From Tetramitus jugosus (Eukaryota > Protista > Heterolobosea): a DNA stretch of 64,000 nucleotides. The notes below the pieces were generated by a model. It made no database searches, was not told the origin of the DNA, and saw nothing but the letters and a program-made list of their open reading frames with translations. The stretch covers positions 248,001 through 312,000 of the forward strand of contig OW569370.1 of NCBI GenBank assembly GCA_937625935.1, in the 5' to 3' direction. Made by a program: the position numbers and the translations under genes. Below, piece after piece: positions 20,949 to 33,085 of this stretch; within the stretch, counting starts at the first letter, position 1; each line of letters opens with the position of its first letter.

Positions 20949-23088
20949 TCACGAGTCTCTGAAAGACACTTTCTTCAGTTTTCTTTTTTCCTTGAGGCCT
21001 GCCATTGAAGAGCTTCTTTTCACAGAATTTGATTGATAGTTGCTATCAGACAAACAGGCATCACACGTGAAGGAATTCGACATGTCATCCGAAACACACG
21101 TCCCATGTACCTTACTCTCACAACTTGAACAAGTTATCATCAGTCCAAGAGCTGGTTGGTCGCAGATCACACAGGGTTTGTTCATACTGAGTGGTGAAGT
21201 ATGGCTCGTCGTATTCAGGGATTGAACATCCATCAGAAAGGACGACTGATCACTGGAGGAGTCATCTGCATTGCTGGTAAGAGTTGTCGTGGTAATGGGA
21301 GAAGGCAGTTCCTTTGAAAATCTCGCTTTTTGAACCTCTTCCAGCTGTGATTGCAAATGGAGAATCTCTGTTAAGGTTTAGGTTAGTTTGAGAATTCGTC
21401 TCCGTTCGTTGATTTGTAAAGGATGAATACCTTCGAGTTGCTGATTCTTAGTCGAGAGTAGGGTTTTGTTCTCTTGCTGGACGGTTTGATACTTGTGTTG
21501 TAACTCTGCCAAACTATCAGACAACTCCTTGTTTCTAGCTTCACCTTTCTTGATTTGATTCTGTTGCAGGTCAACCTTCGAGTAATACTCATTGCTTAAA
21601 TCCGATTTTTCCTGGTTGCTGTTTCATTGTGTGAGTGTATTCATGCTAAAGGATACTGAATGTTGGGTTTTGGTACATACTCTTTGAACAACTCGTCAAT
21701 CTGTATTTTTTGAACTCTGATAGTCTCCTCCAGTTCCTTCTTTTCTTTCACCACCTGCTCAAAAACCATACTTCACGCGAGATTGTTAGGATGAGTGGAA
21801 AAGGAAGTAATTTATGAGTTCTACTTACCTCTCTCTAGCGTTTTGTTCATTGAGTGCTATTATTTGATTCTCATACTCCATCTCCTTCTTATTTCGTTCC
21901 ACTTCTTCGCTCTTTGTATTCAATTTCTCTTCATGTTCCATCTAATTGTCTGCTTGTTTAGCGAACGATCATTCCGTGAATAGAATAAAGATTGACCTAC
22001 CTTGTTCAATAGAGATAATGATTCTTGGTACATGGTTGTCATGTTTCTCAGCTCCTTGTCCTTCCTCTCCATTTTCTTCAAAGCTTCATCGAGAAGAACT
22101 TGGACCTCATTCAATGCAATCTCAGTTCCTTCTCGACCATCCAATCTCTGTTCCATCACGATTAATTTCTGGAGATGATCGTTCTGGATTCGTTTTAACT
22201 GCTTCTCCTTCTCAATCAGAGTTCCCTCATACTTTTCCATTTGGCAATTTCTCTCCATCAACAAAGATTTGAGGTTCATATTATCCTTGTGGAGCTCTTG
22301 ATTTTCAACAAGCTTGTGCTCCAAGGCATGTTGTAAATTCTTGTTCAATCTAACAATGTCTTCTTGAAGTTTATGAACTCTTTTCACTGTGAGTAAACAA
22401 ATGGTGGTCAGGGGTCATCGATCCAATACTAAGTTCTGGTCACACGAAGACATACATACCATTTTCAGAGAATCGGTCTGCTTGGTCTTTGACCAGTACT
22501 ACTTGTTCTTTCAATTCAATGAAGTCTTTCTTGAACTGATCTTCTTTTTGACAATGCATTGTCACAGTTTCACCCATTTCTTCCTTTCCCTTTTGCAAGC
22601 AATTGACCAATTGTTCCAACTCGATGTTTTTCACCTGCAGAAAAATGAGTCAAAATACAACAAGGGAAAGACGAAAGAACTGAGTATGATAAATATTGGG
22701 ATACCAACGTACATACCTTAAACTGTTCAATCAATAGTTTTTGGTTCTCCAATTTAAATTTTGATTCCAGGACGTCTCTCATGAATTGATCCCTCTCATT
22801 TGATATATCCTTGAGCCTGTCTTCGTAATGTTGCTTCAATCTCTTGGTTTCTTGCTCATTTTTCATCAAAATGGAATGGACCATCTCATACTGTTGCTCT
22901 GAAGAAGCGACGAGAGAAGGAGAGCTTGAATCAGTTGATTCTTCCTTGCCAATGCTAATGTTCTTGGGGTTGCAATTGAGCAGTGTGTAAGTCTCTAACT
23001 GAGACATCATGTCAATCAGCAGAATTCTGCTTTGTTGTATGGTGCCGATCAGTTGATCATAGCTTAGAGGTATCTGAGATATTGTCAT
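20949..23088 (-). CDS. Multi-exon coiled-coil protein with C-terminal PHD-like finger
   Basis: Predicted introns 22636-22716, 22387-22459, 21942-22000, 21755-21828, 21619-21680 and 21368-21430. PHD-like CVICDQ...ITCSSCESKVHGTCV...FTCDAC. Confidence 0.7.
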
Positions 23089-23276
23089 ACTTGTTGCTTT
23101 TGTGTATTTATTTTTTCTTTTTTGTAAAACTGGATTTGGCGCCAAATCAACGCTATGAACGACCATTGCGAAGATGTATCTAACAAGAAATACATCTTCG
23201 CAAAAACTGTTTATCGTGTTGCTTATTGTTGTAAAAATTATACACGTAATGGTGTAAGTCTCCTGTATCTTCCGAC

Positions 23277-25245
23277 TTACTTTTCCAATACGACCTTGAT
23301 TGCCTTTGTCCACTTTGTAAACTCGTCTTGAGAGGTGGCTTGAAGTTCATAAATTCTTCCGTTTCTTGTCATGAGATTAAATCCGTACTTGATCTGTCCA
23401 GGCAGCAAATCCATGATATCCTCAATGACAATACTTCCCTTCTTTGACCCATTTTCCTTCGTGTAGTATACAAACTGTGTGGAGTCCATCACGAACCATC
23501 TCTTCTTCCACAGCTTCACAAGACCCTTGTCTCCCTTCTTGTTCAAGAAGCCAGTCACTGGTTGGACGGTTTGCTTGGCTGAGGAGGTAGAAGCAGGTGT
23601 TGCCTTTGCAGGAGTGGAAGTACTTGCTGTTGCGGTAGGTGATGCAGTAGCAGTTGTTGGTGTGGCTGGTTCGAGAGAAGGTTCCTTTCCACTGGAGTTC
23701 TTGAGCGGTGTCGGCTCAAGTTCAGTGATAATCATTGGAGTTGAGTCATCGTCTTCATCTTCATCTTCATCATTGGAATCGTATCCACTTGAATCATCAT
23801 CTTTATCCACTGTTTGCTTTGACACTGAGACTGGAGCTCCTGTTTGGATAGTTACAATACCTTCTTCCTCATCAACATTGGTCTCGATGAAGAATTCTAT
23901 CGATGGATCTGGATTGACATCACTCTCCAATGCTTGCATCACAGCAGCACAATGAGTCTCTCCGCATGAAATATAGTGACAGTCTCTAGCAGGTTGCAAA
24001 TCTAACAATGTTGGATGCATCAATGCCTTTGAATTACCGCTGCCCAATTTACCATCATCTCCACTACCCCAAACATATGGACGCACACCAGATTCGTCCT
24101 CTACCATTGCTGCAACATGGCAGCTGCTTGCAGGGAAAATACTGTGCACAGTCTTGTCGGCCAACTGCTCCACAACACAAAAGAGCGTGTGAGGCTCTGT
24201 GCCATGTCCACTGCCATCGGATCCTCCCTTACCGCACGTAAACACATGTCCTTCACTCGTCAGTGCGACAGTGTTATATCTCAGGCATTCGACTTGAACA
24301 AACTCAACTTCATCACTCTGCTTCAAATTTTCTTCTGTGACGAGCGCACCAATCTGAACAAGCTCGACCAATCCAGGCAAAAAGTCACAATCAGCCTGAT
24401 TGTCCAATATTCTGCCCAATGGACCCAAAAAGTTGTTTCCCCACGTGTAAATCTCCTTGTTCTCGCTGATGCATGCCATGTGAGTAACACCGCACTTGAT
24501 TTGAACAATGAGCTCGTTATCTAATGATGCGACTTGCTTGGGAATGAACTGATTGCTCTCGTTTCCTTGTCCCAGCGCTCCACTGGCACCCTTTCCCCAT
24601 GTAAACACCTTTCCAGTGTCATTAATAGCAGCCACAATCTCCTCTCCACAACTAATTTCACTCACATCAATCAATGATTCGATCATGGTTGGTTTTGACA
24701 CCTTTTTCGTCAATTGTTCACCCAAACCCAACTGTCCAAACGTTCCCGTTCCCCAACTGTACAATAGTCCGACTGAAGTCAGTGCGACAACAAAGTTGGA
24801 TCCACAGGCGAGTTCACAAACCATCTTGTTCGACAGTTCCTTCCAATGCACAATCGTGTTTGCATCGTCTTGGTCATCGCCATGATCATCGGGCATGTAC
24901 CAACTCCTGCTACCCATCGTAAACACCTCATTTTCCTCTGTCATGTTTTCAATACACATAGTAATACATAACACACATAACACACGTAACACACATAACA
25001 CACGTGATACACATCATTTTACAACATAGAGTGTCAATATTATTATTATTTTCATCATCATCATTTTCACACATAAAAGGTGAACGTTGCATACCAGTCA
25101 AAATTGCAGTGAATCCGTGACCAGTGGCAACTTGCTTCACTGGTACGTTGAAAAAGAAGGGAACAGGCGTAGGTTGCATGAGTGGCTCTTCAGCTTCATT
25201 CTTTGTTACTTTGCCCCATACGAATAATCTTCCACCTTCTGACAT
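23277..25245 (-). CDS. RCC1-repeat protein with C-terminal PH domain
   Basis: Exon 1 25095-25245, intron 24938-25094. RCC1 repeats (LYSWGTGTFGQLGLG, VFTWGKGASGALGQG) and PH domain (GFLNKKGDKGLVKLWKKRWFVM...EFTKWTKAI). Confidence 0.9.
24966..25012. repeat. 9-bp minisatellite (ACACAC[A/G]TA, about 5 copies) inside the RCC1-PH gene intron
   Basis: acata acacacata acacacgta acacacata acacacgtg. Confidence 0.85.
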
Positions 25246-25494
25246 TTTTGAGTGTCTTTATTGTTGTTGAAATATGTGCGGTGTTATTTTTCGTGTTTGT
25301 TGTTTGTTGCTTTTTGTGTCGTTGTGTGACGTTTTTGAGTTGTTTTCGGCCTCTCTCACGCATGAGAGGAATGAAATTTGCTCCAACATTGAATGACACC
25401 CCAACTGACAGGTGACAAGTAATATTTCGGAGCTGATCGAATTTGTCCGTTATCGCTCACAATCTTTTGAGTGTGAACCGATAATGAGAAAATA

Positions 25495-27213
25495 ATGAGT
25501 GTTCCCATGTATGATGCATTGGGTGATGTGGAGCGAGGACATCAGGAGAGCTTACTGAGTAGTTTATTTCAGGTCAAAGTTACGATGAACACGGACAACA
25601 TTTCCAATTTATTGAGATCCATGCTCGAGAAGATTAATTACAACTTTGCAATCGTAAAGGTACTTCAGAAAACGTGTGTATCTCAGAAGGACCTTAAATC
25701 TGAGCTCGATCTAATGAGTGAGAACATGAGAGGAGAGCTGAAAGGTGTTGTAGAAGATAGAGAGACTTCTTTTGATGCATTGAAGAGAGATATGGTTGAA
25801 GCGACGAGAAAGATCATTAAGGAAGAAATCGAAACCTCCGAGAAGGAATGGCTGAATGACAGAGAGAAATTTCATGAGGCGGTGAAGAACGAGACTCAGA
25901 GGATAGAGTTAGAAATGAAAAAGCAGGGCGAAGAAACCACTCAGAAGATATGGAGATTGATTGACGAAGTAGAGGAATTGAAAAACTATCAATTAGGCAT
26001 AGAAGGGCGCATGAAGAATGATAAACATCACAATAGTTATATTAATAATCGAATTAATAGAATAGACGAAATGTTGAATCATATGGTAATCGAAGGAAGG
26101 TCCTCGAGTGCTCCACTTGAACGAACAGAATCCTCAAAGAACGAAGCAGTTGTACCACTATCACCGACAAAGGTGCACTTTGAAGAGAAAGAGCAAGTTG
26201 GAGATGAGGTGATAATTCCACCATTAAATCTCAAAAATTTTAATCTCGATATTCCTAGGCTTTCCAATTCTGACCTTCTTCCAAAGAGACCTACCATGTC
26301 GAAATCTCTATCTGAAACAACAATGAATTTGGATTTGAAGCACAAATTACCACATGTAAAATACTACCAACAGGACAATGTTGAAAAATTACAGGAGGAG
26401 ATAAATACCATTTATGAGTCCCTGAAGAAAATGAAGGAACAAATCAATTCTTCTCTCCAACAAAACACAATTGTAGAGGGAGTGGGGAAAAAAGTGATTC
26501 CTATCTTGGATTTGTTAAGGAAAGAGCTAGAGGACAAGATAAGTCTGAAGGTGGATAAAAGAGATCTAGTGTATTACTTAGAGAAGAAAGCTGATGGATT
26601 CGAAGTAATCAAGATGAGAACGAACTATGATAGTGCTCTGGCTCTCTTTGGTCGAGTAGAAAACGAGATTAGGGAACAGTCTGTAAATTATGAAAAACTC
26701 GCCTATGCTCTTCGGAGGCAATTGAGGGGAGAGCTGACACTCAAGGAGATGGACCGGATAGTGTCTCAATTCCAGCAAAGGGATCATCGAAGGAATGATT
26801 CGGATAGTCCATCCCCAGTATCGCATCAAATTGATGAGGATCAATTCACACCCAATGAACAGGAGATGTCTACTCCTCCTACCTATCTATCTGTCCGTCG
26901 ATCTACCAAATTGGTTCAAGGAGCCTTGAGACCAAAATCAGCCATGTCTCTTCGATCCATCTCACCACCAGTTAATCTCGTGGGTGTCGATGGTGTAATT
27001 TACAAGGGTGTGTTGCCCGGTGACAATGATCTTTACAAGGGACAAATTTTGTATGGGGGAACCAAGAGTATTCTAGAGAACAATTACAGTATGAGAACTG
27101 ATTCTCGTACATCGAGTCCTGTGCCCCCATTCTTTGATCACGATATCGGGAAGCCCAGTCGTTTGGAGGACAGAAGCATGTCTCCCTATCTCCACGAATC
27201 CCATGCCCATTGA
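25495..27213 (+). CDS. Coiled-coil hypothetical protein, possibly QRICH2/DUF4795-like
   Basis: 572 aa ORF with KVDK/KKAD motifs and LVGVDGVIYKG near the C-terminus. Confidence 0.65.
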   Translation: MSVPMYDALGDVERGHQESLLSSLFQVKVTMNTDNISNLLRSMLEKINYNFAIVKVLQKTCVSQKDLKSELDLMSENMRGELKGVVEDRETSFDALKRDMVEATRKIIKEEIETSEKEWLNDREKFHEAVKNETQRIELEMKKQGEETTQKIWRLIDEVEELKNYQLGIEGRMKNDKHHNSYINNRINRIDEMLNHMVIEGRSSSAPLERTESSKNEAVVPLSPTKVHFEEKEQVGDEVIIPPLNLKNFNLDIPRLSNSDLLPKRPTMSKSLSETTMNLDLKHKLPHVKYYQQDNVEKLQEEINTIYESLKKMKEQINSSLQQNTIVEGVGKKVIPILDLLRKELEDKISLKVDKRDLVYYLEKKADGFEVIKMRTNYDSALALFGRVENEIREQSVNYEKLAYALRRQLRGELTLKEMDRIVSQFQQRDHRRNDSDSPSPVSHQIDEDQFTPNEQEMSTPPTYLSVRRSTKLVQGALRPKSAMSLRSISPPVNLVGVDGVIYKGVLPGDNDLYKGQILYGGTKSILENNYSMRTDSRTSSPVPPFFDHDIGKPSRLEDRSMSPYLHESHAH

Positions 27214-27378
27214 CTCTGGCACAGCGTCAGAATGAGCATCAGTAATTTTCCGCTATGTGATTCTATTTTCTGGCCAGGTTTGACCTGATGATGGTTCGGA
27301 ATCAGTTCGGGCACTGTTCACCAACCATCACAAACAAAAACCATCTCAATCTCTATCAGTGCTTCTCATTCTAACTCT

Positions 27379-28545
27379 ATGCCCAGAAAATTTCTCGAGC
27401 AACACCATCTTCCTCCCTTACAAACATTAACGCGGAGGAACAAATTGCCCGCTCGTTGTAATCGTATTCTGTATCAATCTCCAGGGTTGACCGAAGATGA
27501 TGAAAACTTCCAACAACAAATCATTCAAGTTGAGGAGAACAAAAATCAAGAACTGTCCTGGGACGAGCACTTGAATTATCATTCTGACGAAGAAGTGGAA
27601 GAAGAGGAAGAAGTAGAGATGGACTTGAACGATCCTGCTCTCTTCGTGAGCGATTACAGTGTTCTTCTCTATTTTAGCTCTCGTCAACAGTCTCAAGAGG
27701 CCAATTTCGACCAGGACAACGATGAGTCTGACATTCGGGACGACAATTCAGACACTCAGATAACTATTACTCCGATTCCTGAAAAACGGTTGAGTCGTCA
27801 CTTTTCAAACCTCAAGTTATCCACAAAGAACCGAAACAAAACAAGTGAGCTATCGAGAGGAGGAGTAGGAAGCAACATGAGTTGTACGACATCCTATCTC
27901 CAACACAGCCTAATTCATTGTAACTCTGAGTGTTGCCGCTACGACAAAAGTAATACCACCCAAACTTCGTTAACGATAACGACCTCCACAGACAATGATG
28001 GGACTATGGCAGAAGAGTCTGTAGCTTCAGCAACGGATGGTTGGTGGGAAGTCGAAGCAGACATCTCCAAGATTGAAACTAACATTTACTTGGGAACTTA
28101 CAAGGGATCACTCGATAGGGACTTGCTCCAATCGAATGGTATCACTCACATTATTCAAGTGGTCGAAGTGGACCATAATCCCCATACGTCTGATTTTGAT
28201 TATTGGAATGTATGTGTGTCGGATCGTGTCGAAGAAGATCTTTCACTTCACTTTGACACCTGTTCCGACTACATGCACCGAGTATTGAATCAGAATGAGG
28301 AACATAGAGTGTTTGTGCACTGTGGGGCAGGTATATCTCGCAGTGCTGCCATGGTGATTGCATACATGATGAAGTATGACGATCGGTTTGAATGCCAGTT
28401 CCGCACTGCTTACGAATACTTGAAAACAAGAAGAGTCCAAGTGAAACCGAATCGAGGCTTCAAGAAACAGCTCGAACTGTATCAACAGCTATTGTTAATG
28501 GAAAAGACAACGAGATTGATGCTAAAGAAAGAGAAATCAAGTTAG
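27379..28545 (+). CDS. Dual-specificity protein phosphatase
   Basis: IETNIYLG, GITHII, VFVHCGAGISRSAAMVIAYMM and VKPNRGFKKQL. Confidence 0.93.
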   Translation: MPRKFLEQHHLPPLQTLTRRNKLPARCNRILYQSPGLTEDDENFQQQIIQVEENKNQELSWDEHLNYHSDEEVEEEEEVEMDLNDPALFVSDYSVLLYFSSRQQSQEANFDQDNDESDIRDDNSDTQITITPIPEKRLSRHFSNLKLSTKNRNKTSELSRGGVGSNMSCTTSYLQHSLIHCNSECCRYDKSNTTQTSLTITTSTDNDGTMAEESVASATDGWWEVEADISKIETNIYLGTYKGSLDRDLLQSNGITHIIQVVEVDHNPHTSDFDYWNVCVSDRVEEDLSLHFDTCSDYMHRVLNQNEEHRVFVHCGAGISRSAAMVIAYMMKYDDRFECQFRTAYEYLKTRRVQVKPNRGFKKQLELYQQLLLMEKTTRLMLKKEKSS

Positions 28546-28601
28546 CCAGTGCGATTGGATCGTGTAATGGTATAAATTATTTCTTGTGCAAGCATATTGA
28601 T

Positions 28602-30650
28602 TTAGAAGCCATAATAGAACGCTTCATCAAACTGCTCGTGAATCTTGTTGAAGAAGTTTGTTGTTTCTTCTGGTGTGAGCTCCAGCACCTCTCCAGTCTT
28701 TCTATTCTTCACTTCATACTTGCCAGTCTTTAAGAAGTTGTTTCCAATGAGGATAGCATAAGGAATTCCGACGGATTCAGCATAGCGCAACTTCTCGGAC
28801 ATTCTAGCTCTCATATCATCATAGTATAATACTTCACCTCGGAATGATGGAATCTTGTTCAATGATTCATAGACCTTGACAGAATGATCATAAACCTCTT
28901 GTACAACAGTTTGCATTTCTTCTACACTTCTATTTTCCTTGCTTGGGAATGAATTGATAACAATTGCTCTGTATGGCGCGACTGCAAATGGCCAGATTGG
29001 TCCAAACTTGTCGTGAGATGCTTCAACAACTGCTTGCATGACTCTAGACACACCAATACCGTAGCAACCCATTTCAGCTAGCTTGTTCTTTCCAGAGTTA
29101 TCTGTGCATCGAACATTGAAAACAGAGGAATATGTAGTTCCAAGATAGAACACATGTCCAATCTCGATACCATTGGTGGAGTAGAGTTGAGAGTGGCAAC
29201 AATTTGGATTCTTTGAATTGCAACATAACTCTCCTTGTTTTGCAGTTCTGGAATCACCGACATGGAGCACGACTTCCTTATTCTCGCCCGTTTTTGGCTC
29301 AATTGTTTCACACAACGAAATCAAGGATCTGTCAATCAAGATTGATTCATATGGGGAATGAGTATCCTCGGACACTTCTGCAATAGGGAATACTGCAATG
29401 CAACTGGCTCCCAACAATTTCTTTGCTTTCACTTCATTCATGTCGGATCCCGCAGGCAAGACAGCAAGTACCAAGGCATGCTCAGGCTCAGATCCCTTGA
29501 CTGCTCTCTCAATCGCTACTTTAAACAATGAAAACTCGCCAGAATGTAACAATCCATTCAAGTCACTGCGTGAAATGGTGGTTGAAACAACAGATGAAGC
29601 AGAATCCTTGACTAATCGACTCATTGTACTGTTCAATGCCTTCAGGTGCTTCTCGTCAATAATAGAGCGAGCCATTTCCACATTTGCGGCATATCTATTT
29701 CCAGTATCATTGCTGTCGTTTGAAGATGAGCACTTGCAGTGCAACAGCTTATCTTCACCAATTTGAGAGATGGCATGGAATTCGTGAGACATGCTACCTC
29801 CAATCTGACCAGTATCTCCCTCAACAACCAAATAATCCAATTCCAACTTGTCAAAAATTGACTTGTACGCCTTCACTAATACATTATAAGAAACAGTAGC
29901 CGATTCAACATCTCGATCAAAGCTATACATGTCTTTCATCATAAACTCCTTTGCTCTCAATAAACCGTGCTTTGGCCATGATTCATCTCTAAACTTTCTA
30001 CCAATCTGATAGATACGAGCAGGGAAAGAAGACGAATCAAACAAATCAGTCACGACTTCCTCATGCGTCGGAGCGAGACAATAGTCAGAACCTTTGCGAT
30101 CCATGAGACGATACATTTCAGATCCAAAGTTCTCCCAACGGCCAGTCATCTCCCATCCCTTCTTATGAGACATACAAGGCATCGCTACCTTAACACCGTT
30201 TGCACACTGATCCATGGGACCTGGTTGTTGCATGACGCCATCAATCAAACGAATGAGCTTCTCCATGACTCTCTCACCATAGGGCAACACCGTGTTCAAT
30301 CCACTGCTGCTTGCCTTGATAAATGAATTGCCTGCCAAGATCTTGTGAGACTCCACTTGCATGCTATCTTTGACGAGTAGCTTTGGAATGACCTTGCCTG
30401 TTTTTTCGTCCAATTCCATGGCTTGTTGATGAGACTTGATGTTGCTTGTTCTGGATTGGAGCAACATGTACTCGTGTCTTGGGTGAAGCTTTGGTTGCAC
30501 AACAATTACATTTTTGTTGTTGTTGGATGATTGGAATCGAATCAAATGGGGTTGTTGTTGTCGTCGTTGCGAACAACTTTGATTGAGGAGGATCGTGGTG
30601 GTTCCTCTGGCTCCAGCTCTCTTGCTTGCAATGACGTGCTTGGAAATCAT
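28602..30650 (-). CDS. PARS2: Mitochondrial (bacterial-type) prolyl-tRNA synthetase
   Basis: Arg-rich presequence, then CLAPTHEEVVT, YQIGRKFRDE, REF-like KEFMMKDMYSF, SHEFH, GIEIGHVFYLGTTYS and MGCYGIGVSR. Confidence 0.92.
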   Translation of the reverse strand: MISKHVIASKRAGARGTTTILLNQSCSQRRQQQPHLIRFQSSNNNKNVIVVQPKLHPRHEYMLLQSRTSNIKSHQQAMELDEKTGKVIPKLLVKDSMQVESHKILAGNSFIKASSSGLNTVLPYGERVMEKLIRLIDGVMQQPGPMDQCANGVKVAMPCMSHKKGWEMTGRWENFGSEMYRLMDRKGSDYCLAPTHEEVVTDLFDSSSFPARIYQIGRKFRDESWPKHGLLRAKEFMMKDMYSFDRDVESATVSYNVLVKAYKSIFDKLELDYLVVEGDTGQIGGSMSHEFHAISQIGEDKLLHCKCSSSNDSNDTGNRYAANVEMARSIIDEKHLKALNSTMSRLVKDSASSVVSTTISRSDLNGLLHSGEFSLFKVAIERAVKGSEPEHALVLAVLPAGSDMNEVKAKKLLGASCIAVFPIAEVSEDTHSPYESILIDRSLISLCETIEPKTGENKEVVLHVGDSRTAKQGELCCNSKNPNCCHSQLYSTNGIEIGHVFYLGTTYSSVFNVRCTDNSGKNKLAEMGCYGIGVSRVMQAVVEASHDKFGPIWPFAVAPYRAIVINSFPSKENRSVEEMQTVVQEVYDHSVKVYESLNKIPSFRGEVLYYDDMRARMSEKLRYAESVGIPYAILIGNNFLKTGKYEVKNRKTGEVLELTPEETTNFFNKIHEQFDEAFYYGF

Positions 30651-30854
30651 TTTTGTTGTTTGGTGAAGAAGATGCAGAATGATTTTGTTTTAGCGGTCTT
30701 CGCGGCGGTAATACAATTGAACAAGTCTGGTGCTGTGACGTTTACTGGTGTGTACACGAAACAACAGTTTTTGATTGGACGATTCACATGATGCGGATAT
30801 CATCAGGTGCATACCAATCTGGATTCTGATGTACAGTGCAATTTTGGTACAAGC

Positions 30855-32426
30855 TCAAGCAGCCGCTTCGATATTCTCTGATTGTGGCTCTTCTTCTGTG
30901 TTGTTCTCTTCGACAATCTCGGTACTCGAACTATTTTCTTCTTCTTCAACCTGCATGAGTTGCCTCTCTAGCTCTTCCTCTTTCTCCATTTGCTTCTGTC
31001 GAAGTTCTCTCATCTTTTGTCTTCTGTCATCCATGTCTTTAATCTCTTGATTAACGACACGCAGCCACTTTGTGCGCAAGTCGTCGATCGTTTTCCTCTT
31101 GAGACTGTAGAAACTCCAACCTGTCTTGACCAGTTGTGTATAATTATATTGTTGTTGAGGAGCCGTATTCAGATAGTGAAGTATTTCACCCATGTGTTTT
31201 AAACGCAACAGTTCCTTCTCATGCAACTTGAGGAATGAAAGAGCTGCCCGGAATAATATCTTGCTTCCCTCGCTAAACATGAGATCCCACAGCCTCAAAG
31301 TTGTTTTCAATGGAAAGATATCAATGAACAACCGCATAAACCATCCGGTGACAAAAGATGTCGTATCTACATCACACTCTCGGAAATGATGGCCTAGCTT
31401 TGGCAACCGCTCCTGTATTAGCTCGTCCAATACCTTACCATCAACTCGCAATCCAGTTAGCGTAGGATTATAGAAATTAGCAGGTAACAAGTTCTCTAAT
31501 ATTGCAACAAGCATCCAGAATGCCTCTTGTTCTTGATAATGCAACAACAGCATACCAGTGACATAGTTAATAGATTGACAGTAGCTTACAAATGGATTTC
31601 TCCATGAACTGGCGTGCACCGAAACAAGAATTTGTAAATGAGTAAAGCTCTCGATACCACAACAACAAACACACAACCGAACAAATACTTACAATGCCGT
31701 GAGGACTCTCTTCATCTGTTGACGACCAGGAGAATCCTCAGTGTTAAAATATGGATGATGTGGAAACGTTCGGTGCAAGTCCAGCTCAATCTGAGCCATG
31801 GATTGACACTCTTGATCCTTGTGCACCTCCAAAATCTTCTCATAATATCCTTCATTCTCCAACACTAGCTTATCAACACGCATACACTCCATCCAAACTT
31901 TCCTCCTCAGCACCGATGGCACCTCAAACTTCCGAATGAGCGACTGCAGTGCCTTATTGTGAGGGTCAAGCGGTTTCGTTACCCCGCCATTGTTCATAAA
32001 AAAATCGCGCCAAACTTTTTTGGCCTCTGCGTGTTTTTCGCGCCATTTGTGGTCCCACTCCTGATTGAGCTGAGCTATGATTCTATCTTCTTCACTGAGA
32101 GAACTATTACTATCATTTAAATTCTGATCGAGATGAGGAACATCAAATCCAAGATATTCATGATGAAGATAGGGCAGTGTCGATTGAATATCAAAACTAG
32201 TGCTACTCCCCAACTCATCTAGAGCATCACTGCTCGTAGCTGAGGATAACGGTGTGGCCGGTGTGATGGTACTGCTTGTCAGTGGTGAAGTCACATCACT
32301 ACCAGCATTCGCAAGACTCATATGACTAGTGTTATTGTTGTTGTTATTACCTCCGAATAACAGGTTATCCACAGTGGAAGTCGATTCGGATCTGGATCGA
32401 CCAAATCGAAAAATGTTCATGTTCAT
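30855..32426 (-). CDS. TBC-domain Rab GTPase-activating protein
   Basis: VPSVLRRKVW, QIELDLHRTFP, intron 31609-31692, AFSWRNPFVSYCQSINYV, EQEAFWML and LRLWD. Confidence 0.92.
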
Positions 32427-32701
32427 GTCACTCAAAAATTATATATTATAAATAGGGCAACAATTGGGGTCGTTGTTGAATAGTGTTATTGATTGAATGT
32501 TGGAATAGTTGTTGTTGTTGGATGGTGGTGTCAAAAGGATTTGTTGGAGTTTCTTCCCAACCTGATTTTCGGGGGTAATGTAGCAAAACTCCGTGTGATA
32601 GGTGCCATGATATATTTTTCCGTCACGAAGTTCAATCAAATCGAGAAACATTTCAGTTGAAAGAAAACAAAAACGAGCTTGATCAAAAAAAAGTACTGTG
32701 A

Positions 32702-33058
32702 ATGAGCAACTATCGAAAACCACAAAGATTACCACCACAGGTCAATCGTATTCTCTTTGTCCGTAACTTGCCCTACAAGATTACATCGGAGGAAATGTAT
32801 GATATTTTTGGAAAATTTGGCGCCATTCGTCAAATACGGTTAGGTGTCGAAGATCAGACCAAGGGAACAGCTTTTGTCGTGTACGAAGATATTTACAGTG
32901 CTAAGAATGCAGTCGATGGTTTGTCTGGATTCAATGTCGCAGGACGATACCTCGTCGTACTGTACTACAACCAGGAAAGAGCTCAAAAAAAGACTGATCT
33001 GAAGAAGAAGCAAGAGGAAGTGGAACGCTTGAGACAAATGAATGAAGAGGAGGAGTAA
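32702..33058 (+). CDS. SF3B6: Splicing factor 3B subunit 6 (p14)
   Basis: [40 protein letters not shown]...[10 protein letters not shown]...[16 protein letters not shown]. Confidence 0.97.
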   Translation: MSNYRKPQRLPPQVNRILFVRNLPYKITSEEMYDIFGKFGAIRQIRLGVEDQTKGTAFVVYEDIYSAKNAVDGLSGFNVAGRYLVVLYYNQERAQKKTDLKKKQEEVERLRQMNEEEE

Positions 33059-33063
33059 TGAAT

Positions 33064-33085
33064 ATGGATGGATGGATGGATGGAT
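33064..33085. repeat. (ATGG)5 microsatellite
   Basis: Read directly, just 3' of SF3B6. Confidence 0.9.

Noticed and set aside
27285-27310. CTGATGA hammerhead core
   Set aside because: No GAAA follows the candidate stem II.
30711-30850. Possible U1-like snRNA (ATAC start, AATTTTGG Sm-like site) or C/D snoRNA/SECIS (ATGATG...CTGA)
   Set aside because: There is no ACTTACCTG 5' end, the C box is imperfect, the C-D span is only about 45 nt, and there is no SECIS stem or UGA-containing gene on that strand.
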